Source: Octopus bimaculoides
Taxonomy: Eukaryota
Assembly (NCBI RefSeq): GCF_001194135.2
Contig: NC_068998.1
Location: forward strand, 15,550,142 to 15,614,141
Reading direction: 5' to 3'
Length of the DNA stretch: 64,000 bases
In this document: piece by piece, positions 32,301-45,004 of the stretch
Layout: each line of letters opens with the position of its first letter
Numbering within the stretch: position 1 is the stretch's first letter
Program-made: the position numbers and the translations under genes
Notes under the pieces: generated by a model
What the model was told of the DNA's origin: nothing
Databases searched by the model: none
The model's input: the letters and a program-made list of their open reading frames with translations, nothing else

Positions 32301-35300
32301 CTGAAAATAAAGTATTTTTTATTTAAAACATTGATTAAAATTTTTTTAAAATCAAACATTAGAAAAAGAAAAAACAATTCACAAGAAATAGCATTTAAGC
32401 CTTAATAATTTTGAAGTACATTTCTACAACTGAATTTTTAACATAGCAAACAAGTATGAAATAGAGACTAGAATCAGTGTAACCACAAAGGAAAGTTATG
32501 TGTATCCCCTAAGGAATGTAACAATGGTTGCAGCAAGGCTTGAACTCCAAGCTATGAAATTCTAATTTAGTAACTTGGTACTTTAATCTATTAAATCTCA
32601 TTCTCTAAAGCAAGGGTTTGTACTTTATTGCATCAATGTTAGGTTAGTATAATTGATATAGCAGTTACAAAACTGGACATATGCAGATTGCTGAAACAAA
32701 TAGTTGTTTGCAGTTAAATCATATCACCTTGGAAATTTATTCCAAAAATTTTTAACTCAAATAACAGTATATTCAAAAGCCTCGCCCAAACAATGCTTTG
32801 AGAAGCTACTCTGTACATTGCAAATACACAGCAGCAAGTCAAAAGTCATGGCAGTGAATGAAGTAGATTTATTTTAAAAGTCCTTCAGAATTAAATCAGG
32901 GGGTCAACCAATTATGGAGGCTAATTTGAATAAATGTTGATGTACAGCAGACTGGTTAAATATAAATGAAGACATAAATAAACTCACCGGGTAAACTAGT
33001 TGCAACTAAAATACGATCATCTAAAGTGGGAATAGTTTTCTGAAACCCACATAAGGCTTCTGTAAGGGTCAGTGAAATTGGCATTTCAAGATCAGCTCCA
33101 TTACGACGGAAAAGTTCATCATCTTGTTCATCCAAAACTATGATAACATCTCCTGCTTCCATTTTTGGAAATTGATCACCATCACCAGCAAATCGAAATG
33201 TCTGACCATCTTTCATACCTTTAAAATACAAATTTTTAAAATGTTGAAACCAACTTCTAAAAACTTAATCTATAANNNNNNNNNNNNNNNNNNNNNNNNN
33301 NNNNNNNNNNNNNNNNNNNNNNNNNNNNNNNNNNNNNNNNNNNNNNNNNNNNNNNNNNNNNNNNNNNNNNNNNNNNNNNNNNNNNNNNNNNNNNNNNNNN
33401 NNNNNNNNNNNNNNNNNNNNNNNNNNNNNNNNNNNNNNNNNNNNNNNNNNNNNNNNNNNNNNNNNNNNNNNNNNNNNNNNNNNNNNNNNNNNNNNNNNNN
33501 NNNNNNNNNNNNNNNNNNNNNNNNNNNNNNNNNNNNNNNNNNNNNNNNNNNNNNNNNNNNNNNNNNNNNNNNNNNNNNNNNNNNNNNNNNNNNNNNNNNN
33601 NNNNNNNNNNNNNNNNNNNNNNNNNNNNNNNNNNNNNNNNNNNNNNNNNNNNNNNNNNNNNNNNNNNNNNNNNNNNNNNNNNNNNNNNNNNNNNNNNNNN
33701 NNNNNNNNNNNNNNNNNNNNNNNNNNNNNNNNNNNNNNNNNNNNNTGGAATTAATATCAACCTATGATAGAAACTGATTTCAAACGTTCCAAATACAAGT
33801 TTAATAAAGTTATCTTCTCAAATTCGTCATTATTTTCATAATCGAAACAAGTGGAAACTAATACTACTATTAACCTTTGATACAAGCCTGCCAAGTAGAT
33901 GTCTGAAAAATATTTTGGTTAATGTTAACAAACTGCTCATAACCTGCCTGAAATGATCACCATTTAACGTCCGTTTTCCATGCTGGGCATGGGTTGGACG
34001 GTTTGATAGGAGCTGACCAACTTATGGGCTGTTCAGGTCCCATGTCTTTTGGCATAGTATCTACAGCTGGAAGCCCTTCCTAACGCCAACCACTTTACAG
34101 AGTGTACTGGTTGCTTTTATGCAGCACCAGCACCTACGAGATTAAGGATGCTCAGTAGGAGAGGGTTGCAGGGGATGAGTCTGTATGCAAGGACAACCCC
34201 GCTTTTACTTAGTTTGATGTGTCTTTTCAAGCACAGCAAACCGCCAGGAGTCTTGGGTCCCTGTCATCCTCTTTGTGAGTTTCAACGTCTGTAAATCCTT
34301 TCTCACCACTTCATCTCACGTCTTCCACATGTTCCCTCAACGATACGTTCATTCATATGCACATGTCCATATCAGTGCAGTCTTCTCTCTTGTACACATC
34401 TGATGCTACGTATATCTAGTTTTTCTCCCAAATCATTACACTGTTGTATATGCACACTGACATAGCTGTCCAGCAAAGCACACTGACTTCGTTTCTTTTA
34501 AGTCTTTGCATATCCTCAGTAGTCACAGCCCATATAGCACAGTTGTTCATACACAGGCATTGAACAATCAGCCTTTCACTCTGAGGGAGAGGCACTTTGT
34601 TACTAACAAGGTAGTAGCTCCCTGAATTTTGTCCAGCCTACTCTTATTCTAGCAGCTATACTTTTGGAACAACCTCCTACCACTACTAACTTGGTCACGT
34701 AAGTAATGGAAATTGTCTACTACTTCTAAGGAAACCCCTTGACATATGAGGGAGTTTGTTTTCTGTACATTCCTGGTGTTTAATGTACCTGCTCATCTGC
34801 CACATGTAAATATTGATACTGCTGCACCTCATGTGTCCATAGCTTGCACTGGCTACACCTTATGGAGTTTCTCCTGACACCGTTTCTACATATCGAGCAG
34901 GGCTATCTCCCTCGAGGGATCTGCAATTAGTTTTCCTACTTATCAATACTGCGGGCTTTGTTAAATTAACTCTAAGGCCCTTTGATTCCATACTTGAAAT
35001 TTCTTCTAACCATCCTCCTAGCTACCTGATATAGTTCTGTTACCACCACTCTTCCAGGCCTGTTTCTTTGCTCTAATGGCCTTGTCTACAGCATTGTTCA
35101 CATCACTCTAGGTCTGGTTGGGACTTTGCACTAGCTGCAGATTTGGTCAGTGACACTCAGGAAGTTGTCCCTCAGGAACTCCCAGTTGCCCTGTTACAAG
35201 TCTGTAGGTCAATTAGGGTGCCCCTAAATCTCTGACCATATAAAGGATCCTTAAGCTACCAAGTCCTTTTCTAGATTGGTCTGCTTGTTGGCATCCTTCT

Positions 35301-38300
35301 AGTCTGAAGCCTAAAGTCACTAATGACTAGTCTATACATGTGGGGGGGGGGGCATTCTTCACCATGGAAGGTCTTTGTATTTATGAGCAACCATGTATCT
35401 TGCTGTCTGGTGAGAATGTAATCAATCTGGCTAGCATGGTATCCCAATTAATAGGTTATCAGGTGATTGGCTGGCTTCCTGAAGTTGATGTTGCAGATTA
35501 TAAGGTTATATGCATCACAGAACTCCAGTAGTCTTGTTGCCTCATTTTGGGAACAAATTCCATAGCCCCTATGTACACCATGGAAGATACCTGGCTGCTA
35601 CCCAACATCAAATGGTCGTTGAAACCCCATTTTCAGATGCTGAATGCCATTCCCCCTTCCCATGTTCCCTCCCTTGTCCCTTTACAGTTTTTCAGAGTTG
35701 GCATTGTCATGTAAGCACATTGAAAGGTAGGTCTTCAAAGACAAATTCCAGTATTTCATTATTTTACCTTTATGGCACACCTGTCATATGTGCATTAAAT
35801 TCAGCTGATAGATAATCCAATAATTTGCACAATTCTTCTATAATAAAATTTTGTTGTATACTCATTGAACATTTGGTTAATAACTCATTTTCTACGCTGA
35901 TGTTTAAATAAAATTTAATTTTTTATTTTGTTGTATTTACCTGTAATTAGATTGGCTTTGAGACAAAAATTACGAAATAGATTTGGTTAAGAACCTTTTG
36001 TTAAACTGTATTCCGCAAAACAATGTTGATTAATAAAAAAAAAAGAGTTCTATGAAATCAGTCTAAATTCATGATCATTTTAGAATTTGGAACATATAAC
36101 GAATGTATTTTGGTTAGCAATTTAGTTAATACACCTAAGTCTATCAGATGGACAACCAGAAATGTGAAACAATCACAATACAGTCTTTTTGGATTACTGA
36201 AATTATTTTATGAGGATCAGAAGGTTGATTTAACATAGTACTACACTAATGAGAATAGGGGGTAAATTGTAGCACACCTTCCAACAGTCATGGCATAAAT
36301 TGTGCTCCACAAATTTGTTTTACCCATCCTCTCACCTTGTAACACTACAATCTTATCAGCTTCATATTAAGAAGTAACTTGATTTGAAGGAACTTTGAAA
36401 AGTAGCAGCAAATATGAACACAACAGGAATAACAAGATGTAGTTTAAACAAGGTTTTCAGTATGCAACAATAAAAACAACTCAGTGGTAATGAAAGCAAT
36501 AAATTGAAACAGAATAGATTGGAAACTTCCTAAATACTTCAAGCACCCCCGCCCTCAAACCCACCATGGTCTTTCTCATTACTCAAAAACCCATTGACTT
36601 TTCTTTGTCATTCCAACAAGTGGAGACCAACTGCTAGACAATATTAAAACGGAAAATGAGGAACTAAAGGTTCATATACCTGGATGAAGTTGAAGCATTT
36701 TTTAAATATAAATATAATTAACTATTAATTTTTAAAAATTGCCTGTAATTTTAACTTGGGTGACAAACTGACTAATGATATCAGTGAATTACTGTAAGGT
36801 ATGAGTTAATATAATTTTATCTTCAAACATTGATGTATTTCAGGTAACTTTACTAATACATGTTATTCTTTTATTTATGTGCACTTTTAAAGCCTAGCCA
36901 GGCGCATGAGCCCGGTTTCCATGGCGTATGTGTTCCCCACCAGGTAGACGGGACGCCAGTCCATCGCAGTTTTTACTCAAGCAACAGGAAGAAAGAGTGA
37001 GAGAAAGTTGGGGTGAATGAGTACAACAAGGGTCGCCACCACCCCCTGCTGGAGCCTCGTGGAGCTTTAGGCGTTTTTGCTCAATAAACACACAATGCTC
37101 GGTCTGGGAATCAAAACTGCGATCCTATGACCGCGAGTCCGCTGCCCTAACCACTGGGCCATTGTGCCTCCACACTAATACATGTACACATTTTATATAA
37201 ATAAGTTACAAGTTCAATTAACAATCCAATAATGTGCACAATTTACCTTAAGTCCTAGCCTCATTTATTTACCCTAGCTAAATATTGGTCAATTTCATGT
37301 GATATTTATAGAAAATTTTAACTTTTAAAACTTAATTGAAAGAGGTATTCTGGTTAGAAATATGATGAAAAGAATTGTATTCACAGGAAATTTCTGAAAC
37401 TTGTCATGAATACCAATTTATTCCCATCCCCAAAAAGGGAATGTTTTAGCCAAAACAACCACATCAATTTTGCATTGTAATCACAAAGTATAAATAAATA
37501 AAAAATGAGCTGCTGAATCTCAAGCAACCAGCTTACCTTTATCAATATGAACTTCTAATATCTTTTTAGATTGATAAGTCTTTTTCCCCATGCAGGTTTT
37601 GCAGCGAAGTTTAGGATTGATTGTTTCCTTTTTGCCACTACATTCAGAACACACGGTTTGCATTTGTTGTACCATACCCGGACCAAGCCGGGTGATAGAT
37701 ACTTGGACACCTGTGCCATTGCATTCTTGACATGTCATTACTGCACCTTCTTTGCCACCTCGCCCTAGAAAAGAACCATTTTGCAATGTAATACCACAAA
37801 AGTCTTTAAAAAAAGCCTATAGATAGTTTGTCCAGTGGCATGGGAAACAATCTAAGAAATGGATTTTTTTTTTAGTGAAAGGAAAAAAAAGATTTTGATT
37901 AGACAATGAGCATTTTACCTTTGTCTAAAGAAATACGAACCTCAAAAAAATGCATGCAGTATTTTACAGGACAATGTCTATGAACAGAACAATTGCTACA
38001 AGAAAATTGAGAGAAAGAAACAGCATCAATAAAGCCAGTATCATGGTAACCAGGTAAATATCAATAACACCAGAAGGAATGATGCATTTTGAAGTACTGG
38101 TATTACATGAACATAGAGAATGAAAGAAAAATTTAAGGATGGTTAACCAAGTGGCATTTAAAATTTGTTCGGCAGTGTTTTTTTAAACTTATTTTTGAGA
38201 TAGTTCATGTAACTTTGGTGCCACCTCATTTTAGCTAAACATGCTTGAAGTGTGATGTAGCATTTATTGGGATTTATGTTTGTAGAACTAATAACAAGTT

Positions 38301-41300
38301 AAATACATATATGACACATACTTCCTTCCAAGAGTGTAATGTACTGAAGCACTTGAAATTTTTTGAAACACACAAGTTTTAATACCTTACATCCATCCTG
38401 CCTATTGAGTAAGCATTTGTAATTTAGATAATCCAGACTAATTTATTTTTTAAGAATACAAGGCTAGCCTGTATTGCTTCTAAACCATACATTGTTTAGT
38501 CATATGAGTGACCAGCCCTATGATAAAACAACATTCCATCTACAAAATGATGCTCGTCTTTTTGCAAATCTAAGATTACAATATTCAACACACAACTTTT
38601 AAAAAGACAGTAGTGTGGGATTTTTTTTTTTTTTTTTGTGTGTGGTTTATTTCTAGCTGATTAAGAGACTATGTAGAAGCTTCACAAGTTGGCTAGATGC
38701 AATTTCAAATGGTTTAATATAAAATCTAGTCACAATGGAAATCTAAACCAGAATTTAAATGCACTTCATATTGTTATCTAACAGAAATGAAATGAAGTGG
38801 AGATGAAAATCTTGCGAGAGTTTCATCTATTCTGATTAAGTTGTGAAATACCTAAGACTTCAAATTATTTCTTTGCTAATAATGGTTAAAAATATTTAGC
38901 AATTAGAAAATAAAGAAATTTTACTGACTCGGATATAATCATTTTACAATAAATTTGAAATATTAACCCCTTTTTTAACCATATTTATGTTGAAATATAC
39001 TACCCCTGTCTCAACTTTGTAAATAGTGAAGAATTTATTAACTTTGTTATTATTAAGCTGGTGTCTGGAATACAAATCAACATGAAATTTTGATGGAGGT
39101 TTTTAATTTAGACCATTTTAAAACTGTGAATTTGCATCATAGCACCAGGGGTAGTTTCAAGCAGGATGGTATCAAAAGGGTTAAGGAAGATAAGCGTTTT
39201 TAGCAATTTTAATTTTCAATTTACAGTCTCCACTGCCACTACCCTTATCACTAACCTAGGCATGTTTAATGATGAACAACATCATATCTGGTTCTATATT
39301 TAAGAGATGAGGAATTATTTACATTATTTACATTTGACGGATATTTGTCCTCATCTTGTTTGTTGTTGCATATGGCGTAGTGGTTAAGAGCGCGAGCTAC
39401 TAACCCCAAGATTCCGAGTTCGATTCACGGCAGCGACCTGATTAATAATAATAATATAATAATAGTAACATCGTTAGGAATGAGAACCCAGGTTCGAAAT
39501 TTCCCCAAGACACCTGACGAAGGCTGGAGGGTATATCAGCCAAAACGTTGTGTTAACAAACAAGATGAGGACAAATATCCGTCAAATGTAAATAATGTAA
39601 CATCATATCTGTACTTGATCTTACCACAATCACATCCTTTCCTTCAAGTTGCTCCTTATTGACACCTGCTACCCTCTCTTACCAGCAAAAAATGATGTTC
39701 TTTCCATCACTGCCTCTCTCCCCCATTATATTATTCCTCTTTTCACTCCAATTTATCTTATTACCCTCTGAGTTCTGCTTTGAAGGATATGAGACAACAT
39801 TGAGTAATGAGAGCTAGCCTGGCAGGTACAAAGCAACCTGATTAGTGTTAATGCCATAAAATATATAAAGTTGTATCTAAGCATAGAAACCATTCCAAAA
39901 AATGGAATGGTAGGAAAAAGACAGCCCTCCAATCTGTCTATGATGGCAGTAGCTCACTGGGACCATCACACAAAATACAGATGTAAAATAATGCTAAAAT
40001 ATTTCACCTCTTTCAAATAGGAGAGAAACATTTTAGTTTTATTATATAAAGTAAATATTTAAATGGAGTCAAAAGCCAGTGTCAGTCAGTAATAGTTTTA
40101 GTAATATTTTACGGTCAAACATGATAAAAGGGAGTAAAATTAAAAAAGTAAGTTTAAAGGATGAGACAAATGAAAAAATATAACTTACCATCACATTTAT
40201 CACATATTATATCTCTAGTGATAGATAACTTTCTTGTTGCTCCATTGTATAACTCTTTCAAAGAAACTTTAAGTTGATGTACAATGTCTTTAACTTTAGA
40301 TGGCGTACTACGTCTAGCATGTCCGCCAAAAAACATATCAAAAATGTCCATAGCAGAATGGAACTCAAATCCAGTACCCCCTGCCCCACCTCCTTTAATT
40401 GCTTCTTCTCCACCTTGATCATAGATTTCTCTTTTCTTGGGCTCACTTAGTACTTCATAAGCTTGACTGATTAATTTGAACTGAAAAAGAAATATTTCCA
40501 AAGAGTAACTTCAAAACTTGAAATTAATTCTGAGAATATTTTGAAAATCTCATAAGGTATGCTATAAAAATACTCTTTAGCTTCCTCAAGTTTTAATTAA
40601 GAGATATTACTAGTCTTAAAAATATCAAGATAATCCAATGCTCTCTTCCATGCCCAACTGAAAGGAAACATCACTCATCTGGCCAAATCTCTGAATTAGA
40701 TTTCAGAACTGTCTAACCTTGATTTCTTTATACAGGAGTTGAAACAGTGAAAAATATATACATAGTGACAAAAGTCAATAAGCATAAAGAGGTACAAAAT
40801 TACAATTATCAAATCTGTGCAGGTTTCATGAGCTAAGATTAAATATCAAGACATTTATACATCTTTAAAAAATTTATTCAAAAGATGACAAACTTTTGAA
40901 TGAAAAATAAGTGCTAGAAAATTTTTTAATAGAAATTATCTACACGAGGCAATTATTTTAAAAGAAATATCACTGCAAATGCTAAATTTGAAATATTTTA
41001 ACCAATGCAAGGTTTTTTTACTCTCAGAAGCAAGACTTTAACTCCAACATTTAGGGATTTGAATATGATCTTTTAGGTGTATAAAAGTTTGGTAAGATAT
41101 GAGTCACTTTGTGCTGATATATAATAAAGAAAAAAAACTACAGCAGTGACATGCAATAATTGAATGGTTGAAAGCATAGACATGAGTTCAACAAAAACTG
41201 ATTGTTATTTGCTGTCCCAGCTGCCAGTACAAGAGAATTAAAATTTGAAAATAAAACGTTTACCCATCAACTTTTACATTGAGTACCTTTGAATATTATG

Positions 41301-41560
41301 ATTGAGTTTACTTTCAAAACACAATATTTTAATCAACCAACGTAAATTGGATATTTAAGGTAAATCTTCAAGAATTAGAGACAATGAATTTCAATCTTAG
41401 AAAAACAAAATGCAAGAATTCTACTTACTCTTTCTCCTTCATTCGGATTTTTGTCAGGATGGTACTTAAGCGCCAATTTTCGATAAGCTTTCTTAATCTC
41501 ATCTGCAGAAGCAGTTGGTGAAATGCCAAGTGTGTCATAGTAACCCGTTTCTTTCACCAT
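31975..41560 (-). CDS. DNAJA1: DnaJ homolog subfamily A member 1-like (type I Hsp40), 5 coding exons, 402 aa
   Basis: Exons 41560-41429, 40480-40189, 37764-37537, 33218-32988, 32300-31975 (1209 nt, GT..AG, phase-consistent). J-domain with HPD (KYHPDKNP), G/F-rich region, four CxxCxG zinc-finger repeats ([32 protein letters not shown]), C-terminal domains, CaaX end (VQCASH). An acceptor at 41577-41576 implies a non-coding first exon. A1 versus A4 paralog assignment is not certain. Confidence 0.95.
32988..33218 (-). CDS. DNAJA1: DNAJA1 coding exon 4 (MKDGQ...LTEALCGF...SLP)
   Basis: tttaaag| acceptor, |gtgagt donor. Confidence 0.96.
33955..35810 (-). mobile_element. Internally deleted RTE LINE (APE endonuclease + RT C-terminus + 3' tail) in a DNAJA1 intron
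   Basis: [27 protein letters not shown]...SQIDYIL (about 35380-35600) is an APE endonuclease motif; 3' tail at 33955-34140. Confidence 0.8.
36864..37173 (-). mobile_element. Young tRNA-derived SINE with 12-bp TSD; same head as the 24601 copy but a different tail
   Basis: TSD ACTAATACATGT at 36852-36863 and 37174-37185; head gtggaggc.caatg.cccagtggttagggcagcggactcgcgg. Confidence 0.9.
37537..37764 (-). CDS. DNAJA1: DNAJA1 coding exon 3 (zinc-finger region)
   Basis: ttctag| acceptor, |gtaagc donor. Confidence 0.96.
39289..39600 (+). mobile_element. tRNA-headed, hammerhead-containing Penelope-associated element with an inverted 3' duplicate
   Basis: A-box TGGCGTAGTGG, B-box GTTCGATTC, 46-bp perfect inverted repeat 39319-39364 / 39555-39600. 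Confidence 0.75.
39509..39554 (+). ncRNA. Minimal type-I hammerhead ribozyme motif (G12A variant, probably inactive in this copy)
   Basis: GACAC-CUGACGA-A-GGCUG(gagggtatat)CAGCC-AAAA-C-GU-U-GUGUU: stem I, catalytic core, 5-bp stem II, AAAA in place of GAAA, palindromic stem III. Confidence 0.7.
40189..40480 (-). CDS. DNAJA1: DNAJA1 coding exon 2 ([12 protein letters not shown]...CDKCD)
   Basis: tttcag| acceptor, |gtaagt donor. Confidence 0.96.
41429..41560 (-). CDS. DNAJA1: DNAJA1 coding exon 1 ([12 protein letters not shown]...[11 protein letters not shown])
   Basis: ATG 41560; donor |gtaagt. Confidence 0.96.
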
Positions 41561-41667
41561 TTTGAATGCTTATATCTGGAAAATGAAAATGTTAAAAGCC
41601 ATTTGTTACAAATTTTTGAGTTATGAATATTTGCGAAGAGAAACTGGAAAGAAGTTAAACAGGAAAG

Positions 41668-41948
41668 CAAATGGTTCCCAACCCTTTTATTTAAATGAGT
41701 TTTTCCACGGACCCCTTTTAATGCTTATCCTTATATATATATATATATATATCTCGTCGTTTAACGTCCGCTTTCCATGCTAGCATGGGTTGGACGATTT
41801 GACTGAGGACTGATGAACCAGGTGGCTACACCAGGCTCCAATCTGATTTGGCAGAGTTTCTACAGCTGGATGCCCTTATCTGAAATTTCGAATTTAATTC
41901 ACGGACCTCCAGTACTACCCTAGGGGGCCACCAGGTTGGGAACCACTG
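41668..41948. mobile_element. hAT-like MITE with a nested microsatellite and RTE-tail insertion
   Basis: Terminal inverted repeats TGGTTCCCAACC...GGTTGGGAACCACTG; 41755-41880 matches the RTE 3' tail. Confidence 0.6.
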
Positions 41949-43584
41949 GACTAGATATATTCTTTCGGTATTGGTTCGTTATAATAAATCTAAATAAACA
42001 ATGTTAGTTCCAATAACAATAACAAGACTACGTCTTTTGTTGACATTACGAGTATACAAAACATTTCATATTTATAGTATGTTATCAACAAAGTAACGAA
42101 ACTAAAGACACCAGGGGGTGTAATATCGTATCAGAAACTTTAATCTGAAAATTAAACTGCAACACCAATACTGAAAGACAAACCGGTTGTTCCTACTTTA
42201 GTGGGACCCACCAAATAATCAGCGATTATAATCGAATTTAAGGTGAACAAAATATAGCAGCTATTAACTTTACAGAAGAGCGATTAACAAGTGAGAATAC
42301 AACGCATTTAACTTTGCCCTAGTTGTAATGAGGATATGAAAATAATTGAGTCGCTGATAGTGGATTTATTTAGAGCTATCAGATTCGTTTGTCATTTGCT
42401 TTCCGTTTTTGTCTTTTGAAATACTGTTACTTTCGATTATACACTTTTCAAGGGACCCCGGAAACGGGAAAGCGCCAAATAAAACCAAAGCCACAAGAAA
42501 AGGAAAAAGAAATCTACGTTTACCCATGAATGTGTCAACGTTGTGTAGTCAATGCAAATTTTAAATAAAAAAACCGTGAAATGTAACGAAAACAAAATCA
42601 CCATGGATTTATGTAAAAAAGTTTCAATTTTGCCAACCTAATAATTTTTTTGACAGTTTGTTTATTCGTGAATCAATAGCAAATTCAAATGTTAATTTCG
42701 GTATAAACTGAAAGCACACATGATGTGTCAATTTCCCCACTTTAAAACGAAACTTTACACCCAGTTTTAGCCACATGTAAAAATGTTACATCATATTGAA
42801 ACGAAGGGAGGTTACAATGATTAGAAAGGCCATGACAAGTCGGATTTTATTCAGCTAATAACATTTTCATTAAACCGAACTAAAAAAAAAAAAAAAAACG
42901 GAAACACCAACGACAATTTAGAAGAATTTGAAGAAAAAGGCGTTCTACTATTAATTTAGAGGATAGCTTTTAAAAAATACTGATAAATAGTTGTCGATAA
43001 AGGGGGGAAAAAATTCCTCTCAAACATCTTGTAATCTGGAAATCCATTATTTAACAAACCGTCTTTATCAATAGGAAATTAAACACCAGATAAATTAAAC
43101 TAGTTCTACGAAAAGTTTACGAAGGGAAAATCTAAAAAGACGAGCGACCATTGTTTCTATATGGCCTTTTTTTTTTTTAATTGACAGATTCATAATGGAG
43201 ACATAAGTCTCGTTAAAATGTTATTCAAACGGGAATCATATTAAATCAAATAAAAGCAGATTAAATTTATCATGTATACATATATATATATAAAAAAAAA
43301 AATCGGTCAATCTTGCGGGAAACGAACGCAATCATTACGAAAATGTAAAATCCACAAAAGATATATCCTTAGAAATCAGGACTCTCCTTCTGTATATTTT
43401 GTATCGTTGACATAAAACGAAACTACAATATTCAAGTGACGAATGACATTATTGCCGGACAAATTTCCAACTACGGTATTTTAAAACACTGTACCACACA
43501 CGCTAACGTATACACATGAAACCATTTAACTCCAGATTTTATAGATCTGACGAAAATTATATCTAAAAAAGTTTGCCAGGCGGC

Positions 43585-43591
43585 TTATATA
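43585..43591 (-). promoter_or_regulatory. Candidate TATA box of DNAJA1
   Basis: TATATAA on the - strand, between the HSE and the gene, in CpG-enriched DNA. Confidence 0.5.
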
Positions 43592-43770
43592 ATAAAGTAA
43601 TGTAGGAGGAAGGTCTTTTCAAACAAATTGTGCTAAAAACGCCAGTGATTGTAATTTTAGTTTGTCACTGAGAGTGTAGATATAGCCACAGATAAACACT
43701 AAAGGTATCAATAACATCGGAGATTCCTATTCTTTCCAATTTTTTATTTCCAAATAATAACAGATTCACT

Positions 43771-43785
43771 GGAATGTTCTAGAAA
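43771..43785. promoter_or_regulatory. Heat-shock element (nGAAnnTTCnnGAAn) upstream of DNAJA1
   Basis: GGAATGTTCTAGAAA = three contiguous inverted nGAAn units; about 180 bp upstream of a TATA box on the - strand. Confidence 0.75.
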
Positions 43786-44518
43786 TGGCTGAAATGTTCT
43801 CTGAGCCAACACCGCCAAGGGAGGAAATAGAAGAACTAAATATTCGAAGGTGGAACTAGTTTATATACACACACATATACAAACAAGAAATCTAGCTCTT
43901 TCGGCATGTCTCGGAGGTGAGGGGAATAGCAGTATATATATATATATACGTTTGACATTTATGTGTGTGTGTATATATATATATAAATAGAGACTATTTT
44001 AATTAAGTAACGAGACAACCGGCGTAGCTGACATTTTGAACAAAACAGTTTTTATTTGAAAATATGTATATATTTTTATGGATTAAGATTCACAAAATAG
44101 CTTTTATTTATGTATATATAACAAATCAGCGAGGTTAATTTAAGTAGGGATCGAATCGACATGAATTAACCGGAACACATGTATACCGGAAAATCATACA
44201 TCCCTGTATGTATAATCATTCTGAAATTATATATATATATTACGCACAGATTCACACACAAGATGTTTATTACACATGATATTCATTCTAATCAAGAGTT
44301 ATCTACGAGCTAGGTAGAAATAGTAGATCATTCTCCCTCGGATCGTACCCTTTGATCATGTGCTTACTGATACAATAATGGGGGATAGTCGCGGTTGGAA
44401 CCTATATCAAGGCTCTGACCTGGAATGATAGGCATCAATATACACACACACGTTGTTTTAGATGCATAAAAATATGTATTGAGTACTTTTTCCCAATTTC
44501 TAAATTAAAACGTATGTT

Positions 44519-44561
<43 letters not shown>

Positions 44562-45004
44562 ACACACAAAGAGAAAGAGAGAAAGCACGTGTGAAATATA
44601 TAACAAAAAGGCTGAGGGGTGGAAGAATTAGTTTTCTTAGAATCTAAAAGTTAATAGATTGTTAAAAAGGTGAACTTATTACCACAATGGAAGTCGGGAA
44701 ACAAAAATTAATCATAGAGAACGGTTTAAAAATATATCGTCTCTCATTCCCCACAAAGTGACATTTTTACAGATGTGTCGTCTTTTTGATAATCATTTTG
44801 TCCATAATTTCCCTAGTCTTTTGTCTTCTTTATATTTCTATTTCTTTACCTCCATTCCGCAATTCAGTCATATGGTTTGGCTCATCTTTTACATAAGGCC
44901 GATTCGACATATTTTGATTTTAGCGACATTTTTAGACAGAGAAAGGGGTTTCATTCTACTTATATACGGTGTGTGTATAGACAGAGAAATTTGCCTTTAC
45001 AACG

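Noticed and set aside
33276-33745. Missing DNAJA1 exon in the gap
   Set aside because: Flanking exons join in phase (HIDK-G-MKDGQ) and give a complete-length protein
39369-39440. tRNA gene
   Set aside because: Has A and B boxes but no acceptor stem and a broken anticodon stem; it is the head of a repeat also seen at 27660-27730
44850-44935. MSLKSKYVESALCK...NGG|gtaaag as a coding first exon for DNAJA1
   Set aside because: Splicing to the 41575 acceptor is out of frame with the DNAJA1 ATG, and no other downstream exon was found
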